NCBI GenBank assembly: GCA_963697335.1
Contig: CAVONQ010000017.1
Coordinates: 1 to 40,520, forward strand
Reading direction: 5' to 3'
DNA length: 40,520 nucleotides
Source: an uncultured cyanobacterium
GTDB lineage: Bacteria; Cyanobacteriota; Cyanobacteriia; PCC-6307; Cyanobiaceae
The notes under the pieces are model-generated. The model was not told the origin of the DNA. It did no database searches and saw only the letters and a list, made by a program, of their open reading frames with translations. The position numbers and the translations under genes were made by a program. Position 1 is the stretch's first letter, and each line of letters starts with the position of its first letter. Shown in pieces: positions 30,376 through 39,500 of this stretch.

Positions 30376-33216
30376 GTGCTGCTTGCTGCTTCCCAGCCGA
30401 TCTGGTCTCTGCCGCTGGAGCAGGTGTATCCAGGTCTGCGCACCACCCCTGAGGGTCTCAGCCAGGCGGAAGCGGAGCAGCGGCTGGAGCGTTACGGCGC
30501 CAACCGGCTGCCGCCGCTGAAACGCCGCCCCCTGGTGCTGCGTTTCCTCGACCAGATGCTGCATTTCATGGCCCTGCTGCTGTGGATCGCAGGGGTGCTG
30601 GCCTTCGTGGCCGGCACCCCGCAGCTGGGCTCGGCGATCTGGGCGGTGGTGCTGATCAACGGCATCTTCTCGTTCTGGCAGGAGTTCCAAGCGGAGCGCA
30701 CCCTGGACGCTCTCACCCGCTCGCTGCCCCGCCAGGTCCAGGTGTGGCGCGATGGCCGGCTGGGCTTCCGCTCCGCTGAGCAGCTGGTGGCGGGTGACCG
30801 GCTGCTGCTGGAGGAGGGCGATCGGGTGCCGGCCGACTGCCGCATCAGCGTCAGCCATGAGCTGCGCGTCGATCTTTCGGTGCTGACCGGTGAATCGGTG
30901 CCGGTGGCTCGCCAGACCCTGGACCTGCCCGCCGCTCAGGCGGAGCTGCGTCTGCCCAGCGGTGAACGACCCAACCTGCTGCTGGCGGGAAGCACGATCG
31001 CCTCCGGCCGGGGCGAGGCGATCGTGTATGCCACCGGCTCCGAAACCGAATTCGGCCAGGTGGCCCGCCTCACGGCCGGCACCCACCGCAGCGCCAGCAC
31101 CCTGGAGCAGCAGGTGGCCCGCATCGTGCACACGATCAGCACGATCGCCATCACGATGGGCCTGCTCGCCTTCGCCCTGAGCCTGGTCTTCGTGGGCATG
31201 ACGCCCCTGGAGAGCCTGGTGTTCGCGATCGGGATCATCGTGGCCAACGTGCCCGAAGGCCTGCTGCCCACCGTCACCCTGGCGCTGGCCTTGAGCGTGC
31301 AGCGCATGGCCCGTCGCAAGGCGCTGGTGCGGCGTCTCTCGGCGGTGGAAACGCTCGGATCGGTGAGTGTGATCTGCAGCGACAAGACCGGCACCCTCAC
31401 CTGCAACCGCATGGCGGTGGAGGAAACCTGGCTGCCGGTGCCCGGCGAGGATCTGCAGCGGCTGCTGCTCGAGGGGGCCGCCCTCTGCAGCAACGCCCGC
31501 CTCGATGCCGGTGGTGCCGTGGGTGATCCCACCGAAACGGCGATGCTGCAGGCGGCCCAGGCCGCCGGCCTCGATCCGGCTGAGCTGCAGCGCCTCCACC
31601 CACGCCGCCGGGAGATCCCCTTCGATTCACACCGGCGGCGCATGACGGTGCTGGTGATGTGGAACGACCCGCCGTTGTCGATCGCCGACGGCGGCAGCCT
31701 GGTGATCACCAAGGGAGCGCCGCTGGAGGTGCTGGAGCGCTGCGAAGCCTGGCTCACGCCCAGCGGCAGCGAACCGCTCGATCAGAGCCGCCGCCGGCAG
31801 GTGGTGGCCGCCAACGACGACCTGGCCGCCAGGGGCTTCCGGGTGATTGCCGTCGCCCTGCGCGCCGGGCCGGAGGACATGCAGGCGGCGCCGGCAGACG
31901 TTCTGGAGTCGGGCCAGACGCTGCTCGGCCTGCTGGGCCTCTACGACCCGCCCCGACCGGAAGTGCCCGACGCCATCCGCCGCTGCCGCGATGCCGGCAT
32001 CAGGGTCACGATGGTGACCGGGGACTACGGCCTCACGGCCCAGGCGATCGCCCTGCAGATCGGCCTGCTGGAGCCGAGCTCCGCCCATGGCCAGGGAACG
32101 GAAGTCCATCACCGGAGTGGTCGGGCAGGTGCCGATCCCGTGCGGGTGATCGAGGGCTCCACCCTGGCCCAGATCAGCGACGTGCATCTGCGGCAGTTGC
32201 TGAAGTATCGCCACCGGCTGGTGTTCGCCCGCATGGCCCCGGAGCAGAAGCTGCGGCTGGTGCAGGCCTACCAGGCCCTCGGCGAGGTGGTGGCCGTCAC
32301 CGGCGATGGCGTCAACGACGCACCGGCCCTGCGTGCCGCCGATGTGGGCCTCGCCATGGGCATCAGCGGCACCGATGTGGCCCGCGAGGCCGCCGACATC
32401 GTGCTGCTCGACGACAACTTCGCCACGATCGTGGAGGCTGTGCGTTTCGGTCGCTCGGTGGTGGCGAACATCGGCAAGTTCATCACCTACATCCTGGCCT
32501 CGAACGTGCCGGAGATCCTGCCGTTCCTGGCGATGGTGGTGCTGCGGATCCCGGCGGCCCTCACGGTGCTGCAGATCCTGGCGGTGGATCTCGGCACCGA
32601 TCTGCTGCCGGCCCTGGGCCTGGGCTCGGAAGCCCCTGAAGCGGGGGTGATGCACCAGCCGCCACGCCGCCGTGACCTGCCCCTGCTCAACCGGCCCCTG
32701 ATGGTGCGGGCCTACCTGGTGCTGGGGCTGGTGGAGGGACTGATCTCGATGGCCGGCTACCTGCTGGTGTGGCACAACAACGGCGTCGACCTCTCCGCCC
32801 TGCAACAGCTGGCCCCCGATCTGCTCCACCACCGCGCCGCGCCTGCGGTGCAGGCGATCCAGCAACGGGCCTCCACGGTGGCCTTCTGCCTGATCGTGGC
32901 CGGCCAGATGGGGGCACTGCTGGCCTGCCGCAGCGACCGGCGCCCCTTCTGGGAACTGCTTCCCAATCCCAACCCGCTGCTGTGGCTGGGTTGGCTGAGT
33001 GAACCGGTCGTGGCCGGCCTTCTGGTGCTGGTCGCCCCCATCGCCGCCGTTTTCGACATGGCCCGCTTCCCGCTCGGCTACCTCGGCCCGATCGCGCTGG
33101 CACCGGTGGCGGTGCTGGCGGCGGACACGCTGCACAAGTTGTTCATCCGTGAGCGTGGCGGCCCTGCCCAGCACCCCCCTTCTGTGCATCCATGGGCCTC
33201 TTCGAGCGCTGGTTGA
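30376..33216 (+). CDS. cation-transporting P-type ATPase (type II)
   Basis: GLSQAEAEQRL..YGAN, TGES, IIVANVPEGLL, CSDKTGTLT, GDPTE, TGDGVNDAPAL, SNVPE and VDLGTD. The ORF-track start at 30211 runs through R0, so GTG 30376 is preferred. Confidence 0.93.
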   Translation: MLLAASQPIWSLPLEQVYPGLRTTPEGLSQAEAEQRLERYGANRLPPLKRRPLVLRFLDQMLHFMALLLWIAGVLAFVAGTPQLGSAIWAVVLINGIFSFWQEFQAERTLDALTRSLPRQVQVWRDGRLGFRSAEQLVAGDRLLLEEGDRVPADCRISVSHELRVDLSVLTGESVPVARQTLDLPAAQAELRLPSGERPNLLLAGSTIASGRGEAIVYATGSETEFGQVARLTAGTHRSASTLEQQVARIVHTISTIAITMGLLAFALSLVFVGMTPLESLVFAIGIIVANVPEGLLPTVTLALALSVQRMARRKALVRRLSAVETLGSVSVICSDKTGTLTCNRMAVEETWLPVPGEDLQRLLLEGAALCSNARLDAGGAVGDPTETAMLQAAQAAGLDPAELQRLHPRRREIPFDSHRRRMTVLVMWNDPPLSIADGGSLVITKGAPLEVLERCEAWLTPSGSEPLDQSRRRQVVAANDDLAARGFRVIAVALRAGPEDMQAAPADVLESGQTLLGLLGLYDPPRPEVPDAIRRCRDAGIRVTMVTGDYGLTAQAIALQIGLLEPSSAHGQGTEVHHRSGRAGADPVRVIEGSTLAQISDVHLRQLLKYRHRLVFARMAPEQKLRLVQAYQALGEVVAVTGDGVNDAPALRAADVGLAMGISGTDVAREAADIVLLDDNFATIVEAVRFGRSVVANIGKFITYILASNVPEILPFLAMVVLRIPAALTVLQILAVDLGTDLLPALGLGSEAPEAGVMHQPPRRRDLPLLNRPLMVRAYLVLGLVEGLISMAGYLLVWHNNGVDLSALQQLAPDLLHHRAAPAVQAIQQRASTVAFCLIVAGQMGALLACRSDRRPFWELLPNPNPLLWLGWLSEPVVAGLLVLVAPIAAVFDMARFPLGYLGPIALAPVAVLAADTLHKLFIRERGGPAQHPPSVHPWASSSAG

Positions 33217-33302
33217 GTGGCTGAGTGGGGGCCTGGCCGATGCCTGTTGCGGTGTTTGGCCGAGCACCGTGAGGCATCTCTTGGAGGGGTGCAGCCGCAG
33301 CC

Positions 33303-33388
33303 TCGGGGATGTCGAGGCCTTCGTTGCACAGTGCTTGGTCGCAGAACACCGTGGCGAAGAGGATCTGCAACTGGCCGTGGCGCAGGAT
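33303..33388 (-). pseudogene. SF2 helicase C-terminal (motif V) fragment, probably from the same parent gene as the DUF3427 repeats
   Basis: LRHGQLQILFA-TVFCDQALC-NEGLDIPE resembles the G.LQ.LF.VD.FNEG.DIP motif. Same strand as the repeats. Confidence 0.65.
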
Positions 33389-33409
33389 CAAATGCTGAGA
33401 GGTAGGGAT

Positions 33410-33655
33410 TCAGAGGAGACCCAGGAACGTCTCCACGTCAATACCTGCCTGGCGCAGCACGCTCCCCAGGGTGCCCACCGCCAGATCCCGGCGATGCAAC
33501 GGCACGACGCAGGTGACGCTGGCTTCGCCACTCTCAGGGTTGCTCGACGGTCTTCGCAGCACCACATGGCTGCCTTTCTGACGCACCACTTGAAAGCCCA
33601 GACGCTGCAACGCGGCGATGACGGCGGACGCCGGCAGCCGTGGCAACTTAGGCAA
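33410..33655 (-). CDS. HicA-family toxin
   Basis: LQRLGFQVVRQKGSHVVL...VVPLH..DLAVGTLGSVLRQAG. TTG start overlaps the hicB-like stop. Confidence 0.9.
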   Translation of the reverse strand: MPKLPRLPASAVIAALQRLGFQVVRQKGSHVVLRRPSSNPESGEASVTCVVPLHRRDLAVGTLGSVLRQAGIDVETFLGLL

Positions 33656-33866
33656 CGTTGACCTCGAAGGTGGTCAGCAGACGGGGCGCCAGCACCGGCT
33701 GGGGGCACTCCTCCAGGTAGAGCTCGGTGGCTTCGCGCAGATTGGCCAGGGCTTCCTCGATGGTGTCGCCCTGGCTGGCGGTGCCGACTTCCGGGCACTC
33801 CGCCACATACAGCTCCTCTTCCCGGTACAGGATCGCCGTCAGGCGCTGGGGGGTGGCGGTCGTCAT
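33648..33866 (-). CDS. HicB-family antitoxin
   Basis: YVAECPEVGTASQGDTIEEALANLREATELYL. Confidence 0.9.
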   Translation of the reverse strand: MTTATPQRLTAILYREEELYVAECPEVGTASQGDTIEEALANLREATELYLEECPQPVLAPRLLTTFEVNVA

Positions 33867-33903
33867 GGTCGCCAGCAGCTTGGTTGATCCAGTTTGGCCC
33901 CCC

Positions 33904-34281
33904 TCACACCGCCACCGCCTGCTCCGGAACGAACGCCGCAGGGATCGGCTGCTGCAGGCGCCAGCGAATCGCCATCGGCCGCTCGCCTTCGTGGCTCACG
34001 TCTTCGGCAAAACCGAGGCAGTGGAACGGCTTGGTGACGACGCCCCGGTTGTTCACGGTGGTGGATGGTGCGCTGCCACGTGGATGAGGCTTCGCGGGTG
34101 AGGCTGCCCAGGGGAGGCTCTGGCTCTCCCAGTGGAGCTCCCATGGGGAGATGGCGTCGTCCTTGGTGCGGCTGGTGGGGGAGAAGAGGGCTTCGCTCTT
34201 GTTGAGGGTCACGAACAGCAGGTCGGTGTGGCTGGGTTCGTGCCAGAGCACGCCTTCACGGTGGATCCAAGGGGCGTCGTC
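33904..34281 (-). repeat. R1: DUF3427 gene 3'-tail repeat (mosaic, decayed)
   Basis: DDAPWIHREGVLWHEPS.TDLLFVTLNKSEALFSP...HWESQS...SHEGERPMAIRWRL...AVAV*. Contains a 14-nt insertion and a compensating deletion. Confidence 0.92.
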
Positions 34282-34624
34282 AGAGAGATGAACGAACTTC
34301 TACCCAGTGCTCTCCTTCAAGAAGGCTGGCGATGGCCTGATCAAGCGTTTGCAGCAGAACCTCTTGAAGGGCTTTGTTGGAGCTGTTTCCCACACGAAGC
34401 CAGATCACCTGTGGTGGGGGACCTTGCTTGAAGAGGAGAGCGAGGAAGTCGCGATCTTTTGTCATCACAACAGCCCCTGCAGACCTCGCCTGGGCGAAGA
34501 TCTCCTGGTCTTCGGCATCTCTGAGGCCCAGATTCCTGACAGGCACGGCTTGGATGTGAGGCCATTGCGCCATGATCCAGGTCGCCAGGGCTGGCGAGAG
34601 CTGGGCATCAAGCCAGAGGATCAC
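34280..34624 (-). CDS. DUF5615 (PIN-like, VapC45-type) toxin
   Basis: LWLDAQLS, LRDAEDQEIF, VMTKDRDF and PPQVIWLRVGN. GTGA overlap with the upstream DUF433 gene. Confidence 0.88.
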   Translation of the reverse strand: MILWLDAQLSPALATWIMAQWPHIQAVPVRNLGLRDAEDQEIFAQARSAGAVVMTKDRDFLALLFKQGPPPQVIWLRVGNSSNKALQEVLLQTLDQAIASLLEGEHWVEVRSSL

Positions 34625-34839
34625 GCCACGAGCACCGGGTGATCCAATTCGCGAGCGGCATAGGTGAGAGCAGCCTGTAGATCTTCGGGCTCAAGATCCG
34701 GTAGCTCGGCAAGGATCTGGTCGGGGCTGAGCCCGGCCGCGTAAAGGTCAAGCACATCGCTAACCCGGATCCGCATCCCTCGGATGCAGGGCTTGCCGCC
34801 GCACTGTGCAGGGTTGTACGTGATGCGTGAATCACTCAT
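34621..34839 (-). CDS. DUF433-family antitoxin
   Basis: RITYNPAQCGGKPCIRGMRIRV and LPDLEPEDLQAALTYA. Confidence 0.92.
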   Translation of the reverse strand: MSDSRITYNPAQCGGKPCIRGMRIRVSDVLDLYAAGLSPDQILAELPDLEPEDLQAALTYAARELDHPVLVA

Positions 34840-34867
34840 CCCAGAAATCTAGCCGGCCTGAGCATTC

Positions 34868-35710
34868 TCAAACCGCCAACCCCATCCCCTGCATCCACGC
34901 CGCCGGTATCGCCCGCTCGAGCCGCCACCGAATCGCCATCGGCCTCTCCCCCTCGTGGCTCACGTAGCGGGCAAACCCCAGACACCGAAACGGCTCGGTG
35001 ACACCCCCTGCCCGGCCGCCCTCACGCCGGTGCTCGCGCACGTCGCCGCAGGCTTCTGCGAAGAAGTACAGCAGCACCCGTGAGCCCCGCGCCTCGTGGT
35101 GGATGTAGCGCTGGCCGGTGGGGGAGGCAGCGGTGGTGGTGCTCTGGCTCTCCCAGTGGAACAGCGCGGGGCCCAGGGCCAGGTCGCGGTAGCGGGTGGT
35201 GGGGGAGAAGAGGGATTCGCTCTTGTTGAGGGTCACAAAGAGCAGATCGCACTGGCTGGGTTCGTGCCAGAGCACGCCTTCGCGGTGGATCCAGGGGGCG
35301 TCGCCCGTCAGGATCCCGAACGCCGCTTCGATTTCGGCCCGGCTGTAGCGGCCGTGGACGCGCAGGGGAACCGGCAGGGCCCAGGGCAGCGGGTGGAGGC
35401 GGCGTTCGGTGCGCTCGGCCAGCAGGTGCAGCAGCTGGCGCAGTTCGTCGCGCCAGGCGGATGCCTGCCAGAGCAGGGCGAGGGCATCGGGCAGGGGCCG
35501 CCAGCGCTTGCCGGTGCCGCACAGCTGGGCGGTGGCGCGCAGGCGATCGGGATCGTCGAGGCGGAGCAGGCTGGCGCCGATGGCGCGGGTGAGCGATTCC
35601 TCGCGGGGATGGGGCTCGCCAGGGAGCCAGCCCAGCTCGCGCCGCAGGCTGGTGAAGCCGGCGCCCCGCACCCCGTAGAAGTCGGCCGGGTCCATGGCCA
35701 GCGCGTCGAG
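34868..35710 (-). repeat. R2: longest DUF3427 gene 3'-tail repeat (open frame, 5'-truncated)
   Basis: About 280 codons from LDALAMDP through PLRVHGRYSRAEIEAAFG, HREGV, FVTLNKS, FHWESQS and SHEGERPMAIRWRL to WMQGMGLAV*. The 5' limit is approximate because no longer copy is visible. Confidence 0.92.
35042..35068. mobile_element. small double-hairpin insert (+24 nt) at site B of R2
   Basis: gtcgccgcaggcttctgcgaagaagta replaces the single Phe codon present in R3 and R4. Confidence 0.7.
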
Positions 35711-35870
35711 CCCTTCGACCTGCAAGGAGGCGCCGTGAGTGCAGACCACCCAGCGGCTGGAGTCCCGAGCGATGCCGTTCCACTTGGTGGTGAGCACCAA
35801 CACCGCCTCGCCACTGCCTGAACCGCATCCAGCTCCAGGCAAACCGAGCGCTTGTTCCTACGATCGCCCC

Positions 35871-36098
35871 ATGGCCTTCCCGCGCATCAGCCACGATCCC
35901 GCCGTGATGGGCGGCAAGCCCTGCATCCGTGGGTTGCGTATCACCGTGGGCACGATCGTGGGACTGGTTGCCCGTGGCAGCAGCCGCGAGCGCATCCTGC
36001 AGGCCTACCCGCTGCTTGAGCCGGCCGACATCGATGAGGCTCTCGCCTACGCGGCCTGGCGCATGGAAGAGAGGGAAGAGGCTCTGGTCCTGAGCTGA
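35871..36098 (+). CDS. DUF433-family antitoxin
   Basis: MAFPRISHDPAVMGGKPCIRGLRITV and YPLLEPADIDEALAYAAW. Confidence 0.92.
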   Translation: MAFPRISHDPAVMGGKPCIRGLRITVGTIVGLVARGSSRERILQAYPLLEPADIDEALAYAAWRMEEREEALVLS

Positions 36099-36475
36099 TG
36101 GCCAGGCTTCTGGTCGACATGAACCTCTCTAGAGAATGGATCCCGCTCCTTCAGGCCGCAGGCCATGAGGCTGTGCATTGGTCAGAGGTGGGCGACCCGA
36201 AGGCTCCTGACAGGACTCTGATGCAGTGGGCCACGACCAACGACTACGCCGTCTTCACGCACGACCTGGACTTCGGCACGATGCTTGCCCTCAGCGGCGC
36301 CGATGGACCCAGCGTGGTGCAGGTGCGCTGCCTCAACGTGCTCCCTGAAGCCATCGGCTCTCTGGTGCTTTCGCTTCTGCGAACCTATGCCGCCGAGATC
36401 GAGCAAGGGGCACTCGTGGTGGCTGATGAACGGCGTGAACGGGTACGAATCCTGCCGCTGAGCCGACAGGGCTGA
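36098..36475 (+). CDS. DUF5615 (PIN-like) toxin
   Basis: LLVDMNLS, AVHW, APDRTLM, VFTHDLDFG and GPSVVQVR. TGATG coupling with the DUF433 gene. Confidence 0.9.
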   Translation: MARLLVDMNLSREWIPLLQAAGHEAVHWSEVGDPKAPDRTLMQWATTNDYAVFTHDLDFGTMLALSGADGPSVVQVRCLNVLPEAIGSLVLSLLRTYAAEIEQGALVVADERRERVRILPLSRQG

Positions 36476-36633
36476 GCCAGCTTTCTGTGTGCGGCTCAGC
36501 TGCGGCAGGCCGGCCAGCAGCATTGCACCACGATCACGCGCGGTCTCGAGATCTTCTGCCTTTCCGGCACACTCTCCCGGAATGGTGGTGACTGGGCGAG
36601 GGGGGCATCGTGAGAGCAAGGAGGCTACGGCCC

Positions 36634-37155
36634 TCAAACCGCCAACCCCATCCCCTGCATCCACCCCGCCGGTATCGGCCGCTCCAACCGCCACCGAATC
36701 GCCATCGGCCGCTCCCCCTCGTGGCTCTCGTAGCGGACAAACCCCAGACACCGAAACGGCTCGGTGACACCCCCGGCGCGGCCACCCTCACGCCGGTGCT
36801 CCCGCACAAACAACAGCACCCGTGAACCCCGCGCCTCGTGGTGGATAGTCCGCTGACCGGTGGGCGAGGCGGCGGCGGTGGTGCTCTGGCTCTCCCAGTG
36901 GAACAGGAAGGGACCGAGGGCCAGGTCGCGGTAGCGGGTGGAGGGGGAGAAGAGGGCTTCGCTCTTGTTGAGGGTCACGAACAGCAGGTCGGTCTGGCTG
37001 GGTTCGTGCCAGAGCAGGCCTTCGTGGTGGATCCAGGGGGCGTCGTCGCGCAGGATCCAGAAGCCGCAAGGCTTCTGCGCAGCAGTAGGCCGCTTCGATC
37101 CCGGCGCGGCTGTAGCGGCCCTGGACGCGCAGGCGCACCGGCAGGGCTCAGGGCA
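36634..37155 (-). repeat. R3: DUF3427 gene 3'-tail repeat
   Basis: Closely similar to R2 and R4 from the PWAL region to GLAV*. A 25-nt insert causes a frameshift, and there is a TGG>TGA change near the 5' end. Confidence 0.93.
37060..37087. mobile_element. small double-hairpin insert (+25 nt) at site A of R3
   Basis: gaagccgcaaggcttctgcgcagcagta is absent from R2, which has a single TTC codon at this position. Confidence 0.7.
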
Positions 37156-37194
37156 CCGTGGCCTGTGCTTGGAAGGCTCGCGATGATGAAGCCC

Positions 37195-37457
37195 ATGACC
37201 ACCACGCCGACACCTCTGGTGACCCGGGAGGCGCTGTTTGCGTTCACGCAGCGGCTGGTGGAGCGCTACGCCCTCAAGGAGGTGATCCTGTTCGGTTCCC
37301 TGGATCTGCTGGTCCTGCGGCCGGAGGAGGTTGAGGTTCGCTACCGGGGGGCGATCCGGTCGTGCGCGGGGCGATTGACCATGGAGAGGTGCTCCATGGA
37401 TGAACCCTGGTGGGCCGTTCCGGAGTGGATGCCTAGGCGGAAGGCGATTGGGAAGCC
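37195..37457 (+). pseudogene. decayed MNT-HEPN pair
   Basis: PLVTREALFAFTQRLVERYALKEVILFGS, then an internal deletion, LDLLVLRPEEV, a frameshift and GDPVVRGAIDHGEVLHG*, followed by the HEPN start remnant EW...EGDWEA. Paralogous to 38777-39491. Confidence 0.8.
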
Positions 37458-37531
37458 CAAAGAACATCTGAGCTGGCGCCCATCCTTTCTGGGCCGAATG
37501 AGGCGGCTGGTGATCTTTTTGCAGAATCACC

Positions 37532-37921
37532 TCATTCCAAGCTCTTGATCATTTGCCGAACCCAGTTGCTCAAGGCCTGGCGCCCAAGCGCTCCGGAGGC
37601 CACAGCGAGAATGGTGGCTTCCGCTGCTTCCGTCGAAGCGGTCAGTTCGTACCCGTTCAGCATCAGCATGACTTCCATGGCGGCATGACCGATGCGTTTG
37701 TTGCCATCCACAAAGGGATGGTTCCGGATCAAAGAAAACCCAAGTGCTGCTGCCTTATCGACGAGAGTGGGGTAGAGATCAGTGCCCGAGAATGTCTGGC
37801 GGGGCTGCGAGAGTGACGCCTCCAGTAGGCCAAGGTCCCGCAATCCGGGCAATCCACCAGAGGTGGCGATCAGACGGCGATGCAGCTCCAGAACCTCGCT
37901 GAGGCTGAGAAAGCGGATCAA
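37532..37921 (-). CDS. Fic/Doc (death-on-curing) family toxin
   Basis: GLRDLGLLEA and the Doc-type motif HPFVDGNKRIG. TTGA overlap with the upstream gene. Confidence 0.92.
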   Translation of the reverse strand: MIRFLSLSEVLELHRRLIATSGGLPGLRDLGLLEASLSQPRQTFSGTDLYPTLVDKAAALGFSLIRNHPFVDGNKRIGHAAMEVMLMLNGYELTASTEAAEATILAVASGALGRQALSNWVRQMIKSLE

Positions 37922-38112
37922 GCCAGGCGCCGGTAGAGCTCCTCATTCTTTGCCAGCACCTGGGAGGCGGCGACTTCAAAGTCGGCGGAGGGCCTGCTCA
38001 ACAGATCGCGAACGGCGGCTGCCGCCAGGTCCTGCTGGGCCACATTGAGCCGTACAGCCACCTCGGCGAGGGCACGGGATTGCTCTTCACTGAGATTGAT
38101 GGCGAGGGCCAT
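37918..38112 (-). CDS. putative antitoxin of the Doc toxin
   Basis: 64 aa with an RHH-like N-terminus and C-terminal VLAKNEELYRRLA, typical of Doc partners. GGAGG RBS upstream. Confidence 0.8.
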   Translation of the reverse strand: MALAINLSEEQSRALAEVAVRLNVAQQDLAAAAVRDLLSRPSADFEVAASQVLAKNEELYRRLA

Positions 38113-38163
38113 GTCACTCCTCCAGGACACTCACTTTAGGAGGGGTTGATGGGGGTTGCCCCC

Positions 38164-38732
38164 TCAAACCGCCAACGCCATCCCCTGCATCCACCCCGCC
38201 GGTATCGCCCGCTCCAGCCTCCAGCGAATCGCCATCGGCCGCTCCCCCTCGTGGCTCTTGTAGCGGACAAACCCCAGACACCGGAACGGCTCGGTGACAC
38301 CCCCGGCGCGGCCACCCTCACGCCGGTGCTCCCGCACAAACAACAGCACCCGTGAACCCCGCGCCTCGTGGTGGATGGTGCGCTGGCCGGTGGGGGAGGC
38401 GGCGGTGGTGGTGCTCTGGCTCTCCCAGTGGAACAGGGAGGGGCCGAGGGCCAGGTCGCGATAGCGGGTGGAGGGGGAGAACAGGGCTTCGCTCTTGTTG
38501 AGGGTCACGAACAGCAGGTCGCTCTGGCTGGGTTCGTGCCAGAGGACGCCTTCGCGGTGGATCCAGGGGGCGTCATCGCGCAGGATCCCGTAGCCGCAGG
38601 CTTCTGCGCAGCAGTAGGCCGCTTCGATCTCGGCGCGGCTGTAGCGGCCGTGGACGCGCAGGGGAACCGGCAGGGCCCAGGGCAGCAGCTCCAGCAGTTG
38701 GTGCAGGTCGTGGCGCCAGGCTGCGGCCTGCC
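38164..38732 (-). repeat. R4: DUF3427 gene 3'-tail repeat (frame open throughout, no start at its 5' end)
   Basis: QAAAWRHDLHQLLELLPWALPVPLRVHGRYS...MALAV*. Has a 33-nt in-frame deletion relative to R2 and a 24-nt in-frame insert. Confidence 0.93.
38590..38616. mobile_element. small double-hairpin insert (+24 nt) at site A of R4
   Basis: gtagccgcaggcttctgcgcagcagta, flanked by GTA direct repeats. Encodes YCCAEACGY on the minus strand. Confidence 0.75.
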
Positions 38733-38776
38733 TGGCTGAAGGTCAAGCACCTGGCATAGCCGGCGATGATGGAAGC

Positions 38777-39100
38777 ATGGCAAAGGCACCGCTCGTCACT
38801 CAGGAAGCCCTGAAGGCCTTCACCGATCGCCTGGTGGAGGCGTTTGCCCCGGAGCAGGTGATTCTGTTCGGCTCGATGGCACGAGGAACAGCTGGTCTGG
38901 AGTCGGATGCCGATGTGTTGGTGGTGATGCCCTTTGAAGGGAGAGCCCTGGAGAAGATCCTGGAAATCCGCGAGGTTTGCCACCCTGAGTTTCCTCTGGA
39001 CATGCTTCTTTGGCGACCGGAGGACATACCCAGGCGCTATGGCTGGGGTGACCCGTTCATCCGTGAAGCCCTCGATCACGGTGTGGTGCTGCATGGCTGA
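38777..39100 (+). CDS. minimal nucleotidyltransferase (MNT) antitoxin
   Basis: VILFGSMARG...SDADVLVV motif. Confidence 0.9.
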   Translation: MAKAPLVTQEALKAFTDRLVEAFAPEQVILFGSMARGTAGLESDADVLVVMPFEGRALEKILEIREVCHPEFPLDMLLWRPEDIPRRYGWGDPFIREALDHGVVLHG

Positions 39101-39491
39101 GCGCAATCCTGTTGTTGACGAGTGGATCAGCAAGGGCGAGGGAGATTGGCGGGCCATGCAGTTGTTGCATCAGCAGCCAGGGCATGAGGATGCGGTGGTC
39201 TTTCACGCTCAGCAGTGTCTGGAGAAGTACTTCAAGGCAGCCCTGATTGCTCATGGGGAGACTGTGCAGAAGATCCATGATCTTCGGGAGCTCTCCAGGC
39301 AACTCGGGGCCCTGATGCCGGATTGGGAGGCTGATCCTTCCGATCTGACCCGGATCACCCAGGGAGGGGTGATGTTTCGCTACCCGGGGATGGAGGCCCA
39401 ACCAGAGGACGCCGCCAGGGCCGTTGCCATCACCCAAGGAGTGAGGCAGCGGCTTTCCGGGTGGCTGGGGACCCTTTCTGAAGCCGGTTGA
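39093..39491 (+). CDS. HEPN-domain toxin
   Basis: EWISKGEGD, VFHAQQCLEKYFKA, KIHDL and FRYP. Overlaps the MNT stop. Confidence 0.9.
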   Translation: MAERNPVVDEWISKGEGDWRAMQLLHQQPGHEDAVVFHAQQCLEKYFKAALIAHGETVQKIHDLRELSRQLGALMPDWEADPSDLTRITQGGVMFRYPGMEAQPEDAARAVAITQGVRQRLSGWLGTLSEAG

Positions 39492-39500
39492 ACGGCATCC

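Noticed and set aside
6900..32052. HIP1 octamer GCGATCGC occurrences
   Set aside because: Only a handful were noticed (near 6900, 12260, 20016, 26931, 27175, 32044). This is a known cyanobacterial feature, not linked to the repeat junctions, and enrichment cannot be judged by eye.
35711..36633. Unassigned spacer DNA at 35711-35870 and 36476-36633
   Set aside because: These could be further gene scraps, but no motif could be recognised with confidence.
36634..37530. ORF-track proteins 36634-37530, 34868-35842 and 39501-39986 as real genes
   Set aside because: Their N-termini are read-through from unrelated cargo or spacer DNA into a repeat. Only the DUF3427 tail part is homologous between copies.
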